From sequence record PZ452591.1: DNA of 64,000 bases, one strand, 5' to 3'. Under the pieces are notes generated by a model. The model did not search any database, was not told the DNA's origin, and worked only from the letters and a program-made list of their open reading frames with translations. How positions within the stretch are numbered: the first letter of the stretch is position 1; each line of letters begins with the position of its first letter. The stretch is from a phage. Below, piece by piece: positions 33,180-43,381 of this stretch. The position numbers and the translations under genes are program-made.

Positions 33180-33329
33180 TTACTGCATGACTGTGATAAC
33201 TGTCATGATAACACGTTGAATTCCGAACGCAAGAAGACCTCCTGCTACAGCTGGAACAACGCCTAAACCCGCCAGTAAAATGCTACCAGATACTAATGCA
33301 GCGCTTGTAATACCAATGAATGGACTCAT
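33180..33329 (-). CDS. small membrane protein, 49 aa (gene 52.1 position), glycine-zipper-like
   Basis: ATG at 33327-33329 overlapping gene 52 stop as ATGA; GAGGAAA Shine-Dalgarno; not in ORF track (<60 aa). Confidence 0.45.
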   Translation of the reverse strand: MSPFIGITSAALVSGSILLAGLGVVPAVAGGLLAFGIQRVIMTVITVMQ

Positions 33330-34654
33330 TTGATTTCCTCTAAATCTTTGGTGTATTCGGTAACTACATCAGTAGTTTTCCAATATTCGTTTTCTTCTTT
33401 TTTAGCTTTAGCTTCTTCAGCAAGTTTCTTTGCTTCATCGGAAGTCATATGAAAAATATTCATTCCAACTAGTTTATCAACATAAGAAGAATACATATCA
33501 ATTTTAGAAAGTTCTTCGGTCAGTTCTTTACGAGTTTTACCCTGTACAACAATTTCACCCGAAATTACTTTCTTAATGAAATGCGCCTTGGCAAAGGCTA
33601 AACGAAAAGCTGACTCAGTTTCTTTAATTTTGTTATCAATTCGTTTTTGGACATAAGTTTTACGAACTTCAACGAAGTCTTTGATTAAATCAACTACGTT
33701 ATCGTAAACTTGTAGCTTTCCTTTCTCATTAATAACCGTAATATTCTGAGAACGACGCTCAATCAGTCCGAAGTCTTTCATAATTTTTGCATGGCGTTCT
33801 TCTTCGTTATCGCTCAAAGAATATTCTTTACGGAATTTAACTTTGAATCCAAACCCGTGCTCACCGCAAGCATCATCCCATATAATGAAGCCTTTATCTT
33901 CAAGCGGGTCTAAGATTTTACTCACATAAGTTTCACGATCATACTTATACGGAATCTCAGTGATATGCATTTGAGTTCGTGAAGTAAACTTATATTTTCC
34001 ACGAATTTCATATTGCCCATCAATTTCAACGACTTCACCACGAAATTCTGGGAATTCTACCTTCGGTTTAGTTATTTTCTTTCCTTGAAGAGCTTGCAGT
34101 ACAGCTTTCTTGACAGAAGAAACACTATGAGGAAGAATGTAAGTTGCATAACCAGTTGCAATACCGGAAACGCCATTAAGAAGAACAGTAGGAATAATAG
34201 GCAAATAGAAAGCAGGCGGAATGTGTTCTTTATCTTGATGTACCGGAGCATATTCAGTATCTTTATATACGTTATAGAAATTTTTACTTACACGAGCAAA
34301 AATATAACGACTTGCTGCTGCCTTTTGGACAGTACGAGAACCGAAGTTTCCTTGACCATCTAACAGAGGAAAGTTATTATTCCAAGTGTTAGCCATCAAA
34401 GCACCTGCGTCTTGTGCAGAGTTTTCGCCATGGTGATATCCAAGGTCCGCTACACCACCTGCGATAGAAGCGAGTTTGTGAAACTTATCTTTATTTCCTC
34501 GTGCCAAATCAAGAGCTCGAGCAATAACAAATCGTTGAACTGGCTTAAATCCATCAATCATATTTGGAATAGCACGATTTTCAACCGTGTACATAGCATA
34601 AGCCAATGCTTCATTATCAATGATACTTTTTAAATCGCGATTATTCAGTTGCAT
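33326..34654 (-). CDS. 52: topoisomerase II medium subunit gp52, 442 aa
   Basis: ATG at 34652-34654; length and position match T4 gp52. Confidence 0.92.
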   Translation of the reverse strand: MQLNNRDLKSIIDNEALAYAMYTVENRAIPNMIDGFKPVQRFVIARALDLARGNKDKFHKLASIAGGVADLGYHHGENSAQDAGALMANTWNNNFPLLDGQGNFGSRTVQKAAASRYIFARVSKNFYNVYKDTEYAPVHQDKEHIPPAFYLPIIPTVLLNGVSGIATGYATYILPHSVSSVKKAVLQALQGKKITKPKVEFPEFRGEVVEIDGQYEIRGKYKFTSRTQMHITEIPYKYDRETYVSKILDPLEDKGFIIWDDACGEHGFGFKVKFRKEYSLSDNEEERHAKIMKDFGLIERRSQNITVINEKGKLQVYDNVVDLIKDFVEVRKTYVQKRIDNKIKETESAFRLAFAKAHFIKKVISGEIVVQGKTRKELTEELSKIDMYSSYVDKLVGMNIFHMTSDEAKKLAEEAKAKKEENEYWKTTDVVTEYTKDLEEIK

Positions 34655-34957
34655 AAATTTACCATACTAGTGAATGTAGTGCCATAATAACATCAGAAAT
34701 GAAAAGCACGACTTGAATTAATCCGAACATTACTCCGTAATATAGTGCTACCAATAAAGCAGCAAGGGCTAATGAATAGCCCAAGATTTTCTTAATCATT
34801 AGATAACAACACAAATGTTAAATATGCACACATACCCTGGGCTAAAGCCTGTGAAAACACACTACTGACATCGATACAGATAGTTAAAACACATGCTACT
34901 ATCCAACAAATAAATGAAATAATTCCAATAATTTTTGCAGTATTCATAGTATTCTCC

Positions 34958-35044
34958 TCAACTATTTTTAAAACCTAAAATACCGAAGTTTTTAAGATTG
35001 TTACGATAGAACTGCATCACATGTTCGTTATGGAAATTACTCAT
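34958..35044 (-). CDS. stp: Stp peptide (activator of host PrrC anticodon nuclease), 28 aa
   Basis: minus [31 protein letters not shown]; N-terminal 18 residues match my recollection of T4 Stp; ATG at 35042-35044. Confidence 0.6.
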   Translation of the reverse strand: MSNFHNEHVMQFYRNNLKNFGILGFKNS

Positions 35045-35209
35045 ATATACCACACATTTTGCATAAACGTTCAAAACAGATATATCCACCACCAAAACAC
35101 ATCACTATAGCAACTTTATCATTAAATGGAGCACCAAAGGCCATAAAGGCTCCGACCATTGTGAATAAAACTAAAACAAATATATAACCCGTTACGAATA
35201 GACGTTTCA

Positions 35210-35668
35210 TTAGTAAGCCTGCAGGATGAATTTAAAGTTATCAGCCAACATACGGTTCATTTCTTCAAGTGTTTGATACTCAGAATGATGATTACGAGTA
35301 AACGCCAAAGCTAACTGACCTTTTCCAAATCCTGTCGTCAATGGTTTCATCTTAGAAGCAGGCAGATAAAATACTGTGTATGGAACATTGTTATTTGCAA
35401 TAGTACGCGCAAGCTGAGACCGACGCTGACGAATATGACTTAGAACCGCACTGAATCCTTGCTTAGAACGCTGATTACCTACATAAAATCGTGCGGACAC
35501 GCACGGATTACTAAATGGACGACCATCTAATTTACTCACTAAAAAGTAAAATCCAGGTTTAGATAAAATATCTTTATGCGGAGTTCCCAAAAACCACTCA
35601 CCGCCCTTGATTGTACCAATAACAGTAGCGCCTGCATTATTCAGATCAGTAACAGTCATATATTTCAT
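35210..35668 (-). CDS. ndd: nucleoid disruption protein Ndd, 152 aa
   Basis: start set at ATG 35666-35668 ([18 protein letters not shown]...) with GAGGA Shine-Dalgarno; track ORF has a 16-codon upstream extension. Confidence 0.85.
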   Translation of the reverse strand: MKYMTVTDLNNAGATVIGTIKGGEWFLGTPHKDILSKPGFYFLVSKLDGRPFSNPCVSARFYVGNQRSKQGFSAVLSHIRQRRSQLARTIANNNVPYTVFYLPASKMKPLTTGFGKGQLALAFTRNHHSEYQTLEEMNRMLADNFKFILQAY

Positions 35669-35728
35669 ATTAATTTCCTCTAAATTATTTTCTACTCCAA
35701 GGCCGCATGAATACACACGGCCATTAAA

Positions 35729-35944
35729 TTAATCGTCGCAGTCGACGCTCAATTCCCAGAATTCTTCTACGGTATAAGTTTCAGTATCATTTTCAATACA
35801 GAAACGTTCATTACTGTTATTTGCTAAAGTAGCATTAACTGTCGGTTTCTCGCTAGTGCTCTTAAGAGGTGAAATACGAATTAACTGATCACCGTTATCT
35901 AAACAAAAAATTTCACCAACTTTTACATCTTTAAAAATTTTCAT
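35729..35944 (-). CDS. hypothetical protein, 71 aa
   Basis: ORF track; ATG at 35942-35944. Confidence 0.5.
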   Translation of the reverse strand: MKIFKDVKVGEIFCLDNGDQLIRISPLKSTSEKPTVNATLANNSNERFCIENDTETYTVEEFWELSVDCDD

Positions 35945-36059
35945 AATTCACCTCAAGGAGTATAAAATCCAAATGCAGTTGTTGACCATCCCATCCAATA
36001 TGGAAAATTTGCACCAATGTAAAACATAAGAATATAAAACCAACCGCTCAGCAAATTCA

Positions 36060-36257
36060 TCATTTTACACCGTTCCAAATTGTTTCAACCACGGATTTTA
36101 AACCATTTTGATGAATATCCATTCCGACTACCGTCATCAAATAAATTCCAACTACAACTGAACCTAAGGCAAAAATCAGCATGAAAATGAATAAAGCCGG
36201 AAAAATATTATCGAAAAACCATTCAATAAATGTAAAAGCACTGCGTTTACGCTTCAT
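36060..36257 (-). CDS. small membrane protein, about 65 aa
   Basis: in-frame ATG at 36255-36257 with GAGGAAAAT Shine-Dalgarno; predicted transmembrane helix. Confidence 0.45.
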   Translation of the reverse strand: MKRKRSAFTFIEWFFDNIFPALFIFMLIFALGSVVVGIYLMTVVGMDIHQNGLKSVVETIWNGVK

Positions 36258-36264
36258 ATTTTCC

Positions 36265-36378
36265 TCACATAAATCCAAAGTAAGCGTTTAATACATCAAT
36301 CATTAAAACGATTGGGAATATACTCAAAACTATTAGTATTATAACTACATTCCATATAGCTTTAACAATCTTTTTCAT
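36265..36378 (-). CDS. small membrane protein, about 37 aa
   Basis: in-frame ATG at 36376-36378; the track ORF N-terminal extension reads through the promoter cassette. Confidence 0.35.
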   Translation of the reverse strand: MKKIVKAIWNVVIILIVLSIFPIVLMIDVLNAYFGFM

Positions 36379-36406
36379 TTTCTGTTCCTCCGTAGTTGAT
36401 AGTTGT

Positions 36407-36436
36407 ATAGTACCACAGAGGAACAGTCTTGTAAAC
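36407..36436 (-). promoter_or_regulatory. early promoter cassette
   Basis: GTTTAC at 36431-36436, 18-bp spacer, TGG-TACTAT; recurring motif. Confidence 0.5.
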
Positions 36437-36624
36437 AACTTTTTTTTTAAAAATATTCGTAATAAATGTGAATACCAACTACTACCGCTGAAACTTGCAC
36501 AACCCACCACGCACAAGCAATAAGTACAGAATTCAAAATTTTCATAATAACCTCATCACAAAAGTAAATGTTAAACAAATTACTGGAATACTAATTAACC
36601 AAACAAAACACCACCACAATGAAC

Positions 36625-36888
36625 TCATAGTTCAATCTCAACGATTTTCATTTCATTACTATTAATAGCCGCTTTAAGACTATCTGAAAGAATTACATTC
36701 CAGTGGTCATTCATATGACCATTAACTAAGCGTGTAATTTCTTCAGGAGTTGAAAAATAAGGCTGATCAGACTCCCAATGCGATAATCCTAAGCGAGTAT
36801 AAATCATGCCTTCATCATCGCTAGAATATTCAACTGACACAAACTCATCAGTTATTTTATGCTTAGCATAATAAAATTTAAATTTCAT
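36625..36888 (-). CDS. hypothetical protein, about 87 aa
   Basis: in-frame ATG at 36886-36888; track ORF extension crosses the promoter cassette. Confidence 0.5.
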   Translation of the reverse strand: MKFKFYYAKHKITDEFVSVEYSSDDEGMIYTRLGLSHWESDQPYFSTPEEITRLVNGHMNDHWNVILSDSLKAAINSNEMKIVEIEL

Positions 36889-36922
36889 TTTACTCTCCAA
36901 ATCCGTATCAGTTGATAGTTGT

Positions 36923-36952
36923 ATAGTACCACGGTCCTTGTGGTATGTAAAC
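36923..36952 (-). promoter_or_regulatory. early promoter cassette
   Basis: GTTTAC at 36947-36952, 18-bp spacer, TGG-TACTAT. Confidence 0.5.
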
Positions 36953-36968
36953 CGTTTTGTGAAATTTT

Positions 36969-37526
36969 TTAAATGGAAAGATACCATCCGTTGTAGTTGC
37001 TTTTTCTTACAACCTTACGAAGGTCTTCTCTGTCACCGATGAACTTCGGAGTGTACTGGATGACACCTGGATGAATTTCTTTAGTGTTGAATATAATTAT
37101 ACAGTCAGCGACTTGATGATTTAGAATAGGCCCTAGATTTATTCCAGAACCATATGGATACTCTCCGCTGCATCCTGTTGTTACAGAAATCCAACGTGAG
37201 TCAGTTTGATGTGTCTTAACTTCTACACGAAGCCCACAGTATTTTGGATGCGCTAATACATCCCATGCATATGTGTACGGATCATCGACATCTTCTTGGC
37301 CTTTATTGACATATCCGCTTAGCCAATCTGCCACAAAAAACTCTGCGTACACAGCGATACGGCATCTTTCGATAACTTCTGCTTTATCCTGGTTCGGGTT
37401 TTGTTTTAAAGAGTATCTTACTGTATCAGCAATTTTGACCTTCATTTCACTAGTCAAGTCACTGTTCGATAGGGTAAATGTCGGAATCTGAAATAGTCTC
37501 TGTAAACCCGGATTCGTTTTCTGCAT
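36969..37526 (-). CDS. denB: endonuclease IV DenB, 185 aa
   Basis: ATG at 37524-37526; size and position between ndd.x ORFs and rIIB. Confidence 0.85.
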   Translation of the reverse strand: MQKTNPGLQRLFQIPTFTLSNSDLTSEMKVKIADTVRYSLKQNPNQDKAEVIERCRIAVYAEFFVADWLSGYVNKGQEDVDDPYTYAWDVLAHPKYCGLRVEVKTHQTDSRWISVTTGCSGEYPYGSGINLGPILNHQVADCIIIFNTKEIHPGVIQYTPKFIGDREDLRKVVRKSNYNGWYLSI

Positions 37527-37595
37527 TTAAACTTTCCTTTTATGTCTGAATCACTGGTATTCATATAATAAATCATAATTTCTCTTAAAACAAAA

Positions 37596-37607
37596 GGGCC
37601 GAAGCCC
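37596..37607 (-). terminator. hairpin GGGC-UUCG-GCCC (copy 1)
   Basis: UUCG-loop stem flanked by A/U runs on both sides (potentially bidirectional). Confidence 0.5.
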
Positions 37608-37612
37608 TTATT

Positions 37613-37807
37613 TTATTTGAATTGTGCAATTCTTTTCTCTAGACATTCAGCATAAGATTTCATTGAGATAAACTGCGAAAGTAACAGTTCTTGCTCAACT
37701 GCATTAACTGTTAGAAACTTTGCGCTTTCTAAAAATTTGCTCAGTGCATTAATTTTGAGCATTAATTGATCGTATTCTTCTTTTACTCGTGCTTGATAAC
37801 CTAACAT
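37613..37807 (-). CDS. hypothetical protein, 64 aa
   Basis: ORF track; flanked on both sides by identical terminator hairpins. Confidence 0.45.
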   Translation of the reverse strand: MLGYQARVKEEYDQLMLKINALSKFLESAKFLTVNAVEQELLLSQFISMKSYAECLEKRIAQFK

Positions 37808-37823
37808 AATTTTCCTTAGTTAA

Positions 37824-37835
37824 GGGCCGAAGCCC
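37824..37835 (-). terminator. hairpin GGGC-UUCG-GCCC (copy 2) directly after rIIB
   Basis: identical core to 37596-37607, directly after the rIIB stop. Confidence 0.5.
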
Positions 37836-38774
37836 TTATTTAAATTGTTCAGTAACGTCTTCAACTACTTCGTATTGGCAGGTACGCATTTTAGCATCGT
37901 TGTAATCAATCGGAATTGATACTACATCGCGAGGATGAACTTTAACTTTTACAACTCGGCTGGTTGAACTGCCAAAGTGACGAATATAAGATTTAGAACA
38001 CACATGCAGACCACGAGAACAAGTTTGTGTATCATCGTCATTCACACGAGTACGTGGCATTTTAACTACTTTACCCGGACTGTTATCAAAGGTATTTGAG
38101 TGACAGTCAAAGTAATTGCTACGAACTACTTTCCAAGCATAGAAGTAACCATCTTCTGTAATTTCAATATCGTTTGCTACCAAGAAATCAAAGAGTCGAG
38201 ATACCGCTTTTTGGCTTGGGTTTTCCAGCAGATTTTCCAAGAACGGAAAATAAAATTCAAAGTTTTCACCTTTTTCCATCGAGTCAAGAATACGATCAAC
38301 CAAACCAGACCGCAATTCAATATTTTGATAGAACAAGCTTCCACCTTCAATTCGAACATCACCGGAAATATATTTTTCAACAGCGCGACGAACATTAATT
38401 TTTTGTGCCGCTTCTTCCAACTTATCCGCTACAAGCAGATTAAGAATTTCCTGGAAGTTTGAATGAGTATTAGGAGTTGCGTTATAAGTTACACCGTCAA
38501 CAGTAATTGAAATGAATTTTTTAGATGCATTCCAAATAATGTCAGATTTAGCAACTGGAGCAATAACTGCATCGCTATTAACTTTAACTGTAATATCACC
38601 GCTAATAGTAACTTTAGAGCGTTTAGCTTCTTCGGCATTTTTCAAAACACGACGGATTGTGTCAACCGATACATCCTTCCAATAAGCTAATTCCTGTTGG
38701 GTATAATTACCACTTGAATACAGTTTAACAATTTCAGCTTGTTCGTTTTTGGTCAGGCATTTAATATTGTACAT
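37836..38774 (-). CDS. rIIB: rIIB, 312 aa
   Basis: ATG at 38772-38774; MYNIKCLTKNEQAEIVKLYSSGNYTQQELA... matches recalled T4 rIIB. Confidence 0.93.
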   Translation of the reverse strand: MYNIKCLTKNEQAEIVKLYSSGNYTQQELAYWKDVSVDTIRRVLKNAEEAKRSKVTISGDITVKVNSDAVIAPVAKSDIIWNASKKFISITVDGVTYNATPNTHSNFQEILNLLVADKLEEAAQKINVRRAVEKYISGDVRIEGGSLFYQNIELRSGLVDRILDSMEKGENFEFYFPFLENLLENPSQKAVSRLFDFLVANDIEITEDGYFYAWKVVRSNYFDCHSNTFDNSPGKVVKMPRTRVNDDDTQTCSRGLHVCSKSYIRHFGSSTSRVVKVKVHPRDVVSIPIDYNDAKMRTCQYEVVEDVTEQFK

Positions 38775-38785
38775 AATTTTCCTTA

Positions 38786-40963
38786 TTAGGCCGCAAGGGC
38801 CTTCATAGTTTTAGCGATTTGGGAAACTTCATCATCACTTAAAGAGTTGCGATAACCGATGAAGTCGGAAACAATACGGAATTTCTTGGTAAACTCAGCA
38901 ACCATTTTATCACTGTTTTTTGAAGCATTATTTGATAATACATCAAAAAGATTAGTTACTGTCCAGATGTCATGACCGATGGTATCTTTTCCACCATTGA
39001 AATATACGCCCCGTAATGAACTAACTATATTAGCGAGTCGTGTATATTCTTCAGAAACTTCATCTGTACTGAAGTACTTCATCATAAAATCTAGTTCAGG
39101 ATACTTGATAATTTTATCAATATATCGTTGAGCTGAACTTGAATAACCTACATACTTATCATAATCTACATCATCAAAAGCATCTACATATAAATCACGC
39201 AGAGTTTCAAAAATACATTGGCACTGACCGAGTTCTTTTACCTTTTTCTGCAAAAGCGGACGAATAACATAAAATTCATTAATGCCAATAAGATTAGCCA
39301 TACGAATCAAAATATTCATAGATGGATGACAAAGAGATGTAGTACCATCCATAGAGAAAATATCAGAACGATGCATATACGCTACATACCCAGTAATTTC
39401 ATCTGCTTCTGATGTGAGCGTAAATAATTCCTCTTTTTCCCAGCGCCCGTCTTTAATTTCAAACTTAAATGCTGTAGCAGCTTTAGGACGAGGAGCTTTA
39501 CTTTTAACTACCTTTGGAATATAGCTTTTAACTAAAGCTTCAATTTCTGACAAATAATGAATGTTAACTTCATCACTTTCAAACATCGCCATAATATCAG
39601 GAAGTAAATCAATCTGCGATTCTACTTCTGGATTAATAAACAGAAGACGCTCATTATGATGAATATTCAAAGTGTTATTAAATTCACTATCATCTAACGC
39701 TCGTGCTAATCCACGAACAATATTAACACGATTTTTAATATTATCAATAACGATATTAATTTTTGTTGTATTAATACCAAACAGACGATAACTTGATGCA
39801 ACGGCTGAAGTTTCATGACTTTGCTTAATGCGCTTCAGTCGAGGGTCAAGATTTACTTCATACACAACTCCTGCATTGCATAACTTACTGTCAGGTTCAA
39901 ACATGCTCTGCATCTTTTTATATGACAGATTTTTAGTCGTGAATTTGACTGAATTACTAATCATATAATCTCGAGCAGAATATCCCATCTTCATCAATTC
40001 ACGGTATGTGTGACGAGGAGATGTAGATTCTTTAAATCGTTTTACATCTTCATTAAATGCTTTCTCACTGAGTTCTTTAACTCGTTCAATAATATTTTTA
40101 CGAGTACGATCATCCAGTGAAAGAGCCTCACGAGATGGAGCAATATCAAGTGAACCCATTGGAAACTTAATGTAATTCACTTCATTGCGAATGCTTAGCC
40201 AGTTACGGTCTCTAATAACACCATCGATAGGATAAACAATACCGCCATAGATAGCATATAATCCACCACGATCAGGCCAGTATCTTTCTGGATTTACACC
40301 GTAATAGTCATCAAAATCCGGAAAATAATCAATTTCGCGGTCAAGACCATTAATGATAGCCAAATCTTTGAATGGTCGCATGATATAAGAAACTTCATAA
40401 GCAAAGTTTCTAAAGTCTTTTTCTTCAACTGGAACTACGATTTCAATACCAGTTTTATCATCTGGACCCATTTCTTTTACGAATGTAGGTTTAATCTGTG
40501 GACCATCACCATCCATGTAAGCTACATAACCACGAATTTCACCTTTATGATAAGAAGTAATACTAAACGTATCAGTATAACTAAACGGAGATTTAGAACC
40601 TAAACCAAATCCGCCAATAAAGTCATTAGATTCAGCTTTAGATGAACTGAAGTATGAATTATACAACCCAGGAGAATTATCATCACCTTGAATATCAAAA
40701 TCACTCATACCCGGACCAAAATCTCGACAAACAAATCGTGGGTCTAAACGTCCAGGAACTTGTATGATAAATTTCTCTGGATTTCCATTAAGTGCATGAG
40801 CATCAATCATGTTAGTAATCAATTCACGGACTACTGCGCGAATCTTGTTTGTATATAAATCAGATGACAGAATTTTAAATACTTTAGGAGATGCTGTGAT
40901 GCTAAATGCTTTTGATTTAGAACCATTGCCAAGAATTGTTTCTTTTTCAGTGGTGATAATCAT
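38786..40963 (-). CDS. rIIA: rIIA, 725 aa
   Basis: ATG at 40961-40963; length and N-terminal ATPase-like region match T4 rIIA. Confidence 0.93.
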   Translation of the reverse strand: MIITTEKETILGNGSKSKAFSITASPKVFKILSSDLYTNKIRAVVRELITNMIDAHALNGNPEKFIIQVPGRLDPRFVCRDFGPGMSDFDIQGDDNSPGLYNSYFSSSKAESNDFIGGFGLGSKSPFSYTDTFSITSYHKGEIRGYVAYMDGDGPQIKPTFVKEMGPDDKTGIEIVVPVEEKDFRNFAYEVSYIMRPFKDLAIINGLDREIDYFPDFDDYYGVNPERYWPDRGGLYAIYGGIVYPIDGVIRDRNWLSIRNEVNYIKFPMGSLDIAPSREALSLDDRTRKNIIERVKELSEKAFNEDVKRFKESTSPRHTYRELMKMGYSARDYMISNSVKFTTKNLSYKKMQSMFEPDSKLCNAGVVYEVNLDPRLKRIKQSHETSAVASSYRLFGINTTKINIVIDNIKNRVNIVRGLARALDDSEFNNTLNIHHNERLLFINPEVESQIDLLPDIMAMFESDEVNIHYLSEIEALVKSYIPKVVKSKAPRPKAATAFKFEIKDGRWEKEELFTLTSEADEITGYVAYMHRSDIFSMDGTTSLCHPSMNILIRMANLIGINEFYVIRPLLQKKVKELGQCQCIFETLRDLYVDAFDDVDYDKYVGYSSSAQRYIDKIIKYPELDFMMKYFSTDEVSEEYTRLANIVSSLRGVYFNGGKDTIGHDIWTVTNLFDVLSNNASKNSDKMVAEFTKKFRIVSDFIGYRNSLSDDEVSQIAKTMKALAA

Positions 40964-40973
40964 AATTTCCTCA

Positions 40974-41177
40974 TTAATTCATATTACGCTTAATAACTTC
41001 AGCAACTTCTAGTAATTCATCTTTAGTTGCAGTGTCGGATTGAATTTTATCTCTAATATCTTTAAAGCGGTTTTTAAATTCTTCGGCTTCTCCCATATCG
41101 AAAAAGCGTTGAATGATTCTATATTCTCGATGAACTGCTTTATCAAAAAGTTCTAAATTTACTTTATATGATTTCAT
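40974..41177 (-). CDS. hypothetical protein, 67 aa (rIIA.1 position)
   Basis: ORF track; ATG at 41175-41177. Confidence 0.55.
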   Translation of the reverse strand: MKSYKVNLELFDKAVHREYRIIQRFFDMGEAEEFKNRFKDIRDKIQSDTATKDELLEVAEVIKRNMN

Positions 41178-41231
41178 TTCAATATCCTCATTTGCCCAAT
41201 TAATTATACCACATCCTTGTGGTAAAGTAAA

Positions 41232-43049
41232 CTACTGGCTCATCCATTCTTTACGAAGGTCAGCATTATCTCCCATGAGCATTTCAAAAAGCTCTTTCCA
41301 GTTCTCAGGAAGTTTAACAACATCATATACTGGATTTTGAATCATCTCACGATATTCAGATTTTTCCAAAGAGCCAAGTCCTTTAATATAACGGATGCTA
41401 TGTTTAGGTAGAGCATCTTTAGCACTCTCATATTCAGCGACTGTATAAAACCATTCTTGTTTTTTACCAATCTGTGCGATGATTACAGGAGTTTTGACAA
41501 AGCGAATTCGTCCTTGCTCAAACAGTTCTGGCCAATTACTAAAAAATCCAAGCAGAGAAGGATAAATGCTTCCTAGACCATCATGGTCAGCATCAGTCAT
41601 AATAGCAATATTATGATAATTCAAGTTTTCAGCTTTTTCACCGAGAACTAATCCAGTGATTGCGCAAATATCAAATAGTTCTTTGTTTTTAAGCATATCT
41701 GCATAAGACATACCCCAGCTATTAAGAACTTTACCACGCAATGGATAACCACCGTGAAGTTCTTTATCACGAACATCAATAAGATATCCGATAGCAGAAT
41801 CACCCTCAGTCAAGAAAAGAGTAGTGTCAGCATCTTTACCACAAAGATTCGCTTTGATATGTTTATGAACCTTAGCTTTAGAAGCCTTTTTAGCTGCTTT
41901 AGTTTCTGCTGCTTTTTCTGCCGCCAATTTACGAGCCAAAGCAGCTTCAATAATCGGCATCAGAATTGCTTCATTATTCAAAATAGCACGTGAAATCTTT
42001 TTAGCATCAAGCTGAATATGACTACGGATTTCACCAAATGGAGAAGTCAAACGCTCTTTAGTCTGAGAATCAAATCGCATGTTTTTCATATCACGAACAA
42101 ACATAACGATAGTCAAACATTCTTTGACACGTGCTTTAGTCACATCAATTTTGAACTTACGTTTGATTTGTGGAATAAGGTCTTCACAAATATCATCCAT
42201 AACACAGTCAATGTGATGGCCACCATTCTTAGTATGAATGTTATTAACGTATGTTAATTGACGAAAACCATCCGGTGAACGACCAACTGCAATAGAACAA
42301 TTTTCTTGTTCTTGAACAATAGCATGCTCATCATATTGGCGTGCATATTTCTTAAAATTGCCCTGAACCTTTTTACCATTAAAGGTAAATTGAATATCAG
42401 GATAAACTACTGCAAGTGTCTGGAGACGGTCCAGTGTAATGTCAAGATAAACCTGAGACAGCTCATTAGTTTCAAATGACATAAAATCAGGAATGAAAGT
42501 AACACGAGTTCCTTTCCATTTTCCAGGAATAGTTTCCCATGATTTATTTTCCATGCCATTTGAACAACGAACTACAATATTATTTTGACCATCACCAGTT
42601 TCACCGACAAACATCACAGAAAAAATGTTTGTCAAACTAGAACCAACACCATTCATACCACCGGTGACACGTTCTTTATCATCACCAAAGTTACCACCTG
42701 CTTTTGGAATAGTCCATGCAGCAACAGGACCAGGAATTTCTTCACCGGTAGGTGTTTTGACCATCGCTTGTGGAATACCGCGACCGTTATCTTCAACTGT
42801 TACTTGATTGTTTTTAATAGTAACATTAATTTTATTTGCGAATTTAAACTTAGTACGAATACCTTCATCTACTGAGTTATCGATAATTTCATCAATAAGC
42901 TTAACAAGACCAGGTACATACTGAACACTTTCCCATTTACCAAACAGAAAGCGCTCATGCATTTCATTAGCAGAAGAGCCGATGTACATGCCACTGCGCT
43001 TTTTGATATGTTCAATATCGCTCAGAATTTTAATTTCATTCTTAATCAT
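41232..43049 (-). CDS. 39: topoisomerase II large (ATPase) subunit, contiguous 605 aa (equivalent to T4 gp39 plus gp60)
   Basis: ATG at 43047-43049; one uninterrupted ORF spanning GHKL ATPase and Toprim regions. Confidence 0.9.
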   Translation of the reverse strand: MIKNEIKILSDIEHIKKRSGMYIGSSANEMHERFLFGKWESVQYVPGLVKLIDEIIDNSVDEGIRTKFKFANKINVTIKNNQVTVEDNGRGIPQAMVKTPTGEEIPGPVAAWTIPKAGGNFGDDKERVTGGMNGVGSSLTNIFSVMFVGETGDGQNNIVVRCSNGMENKSWETIPGKWKGTRVTFIPDFMSFETNELSQVYLDITLDRLQTLAVVYPDIQFTFNGKKVQGNFKKYARQYDEHAIVQEQENCSIAVGRSPDGFRQLTYVNNIHTKNGGHHIDCVMDDICEDLIPQIKRKFKIDVTKARVKECLTIVMFVRDMKNMRFDSQTKERLTSPFGEIRSHIQLDAKKISRAILNNEAILMPIIEAALARKLAAEKAAETKAAKKASKAKVHKHIKANLCGKDADTTLFLTEGDSAIGYLIDVRDKELHGGYPLRGKVLNSWGMSYADMLKNKELFDICAITGLVLGEKAENLNYHNIAIMTDADHDGLGSIYPSLLGFFSNWPELFEQGRIRFVKTPVIIAQIGKKQEWFYTVAEYESAKDALPKHSIRYIKGLGSLEKSEYREMIQNPVYDVVKLPENWKELFEMLMGDNADLRKEWMSQ

Positions 43050-43104
43050 CACTTATCCTCGTTTGGTTTCGGGAATATTATACTCCGGTAATCATAAAGC
43101 TAAA

Positions 43105-43116
43105 GGCCCGAAGGCC
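43105..43116 (-). terminator. hairpin GGCC-UUCG-GGCC with flanking A/U runs
   Basis: between the lipoprotein ORF stop and the gene 39 start. Confidence 0.5.
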
Positions 43117-43118
43117 TT

Positions 43119-43379
43119 TTATTTAAAACGAATAGTTGAATCCTTAAAGAACAGCCCAGAACATACTGTTCCTTCTACTTTCTGCCCAGTAGGTCCAATA
43201 GCACGAAATCCAGTATGTTGGAAATCATTTTCAGAACAACCGAACCAGTTATATCCAGTGATTTCAATATTAGTAAAACCGCTTGAAGACAAAACTTTGG
43301 TTGCATTATCAGCATCAGTACATCCTACTAAAGACACTACTAATACTAATGCTGCAATAGAACGATTAATATATTTCAT
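43119..43379 (-). CDS. putative lipoprotein, 86 aa
   Basis: signal peptide with lipobox LVGC (MKYINRSIAALVLVVSLVGCTD...). Confidence 0.55.
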   Translation of the reverse strand: MKYINRSIAALVLVVSLVGCTDADNATKVLSSSGFTNIEITGYNWFGCSENDFQHTGFRAIGPTGQKVEGTVCSGLFFKDSTIRFK

Positions 43380-43381
43380 AA

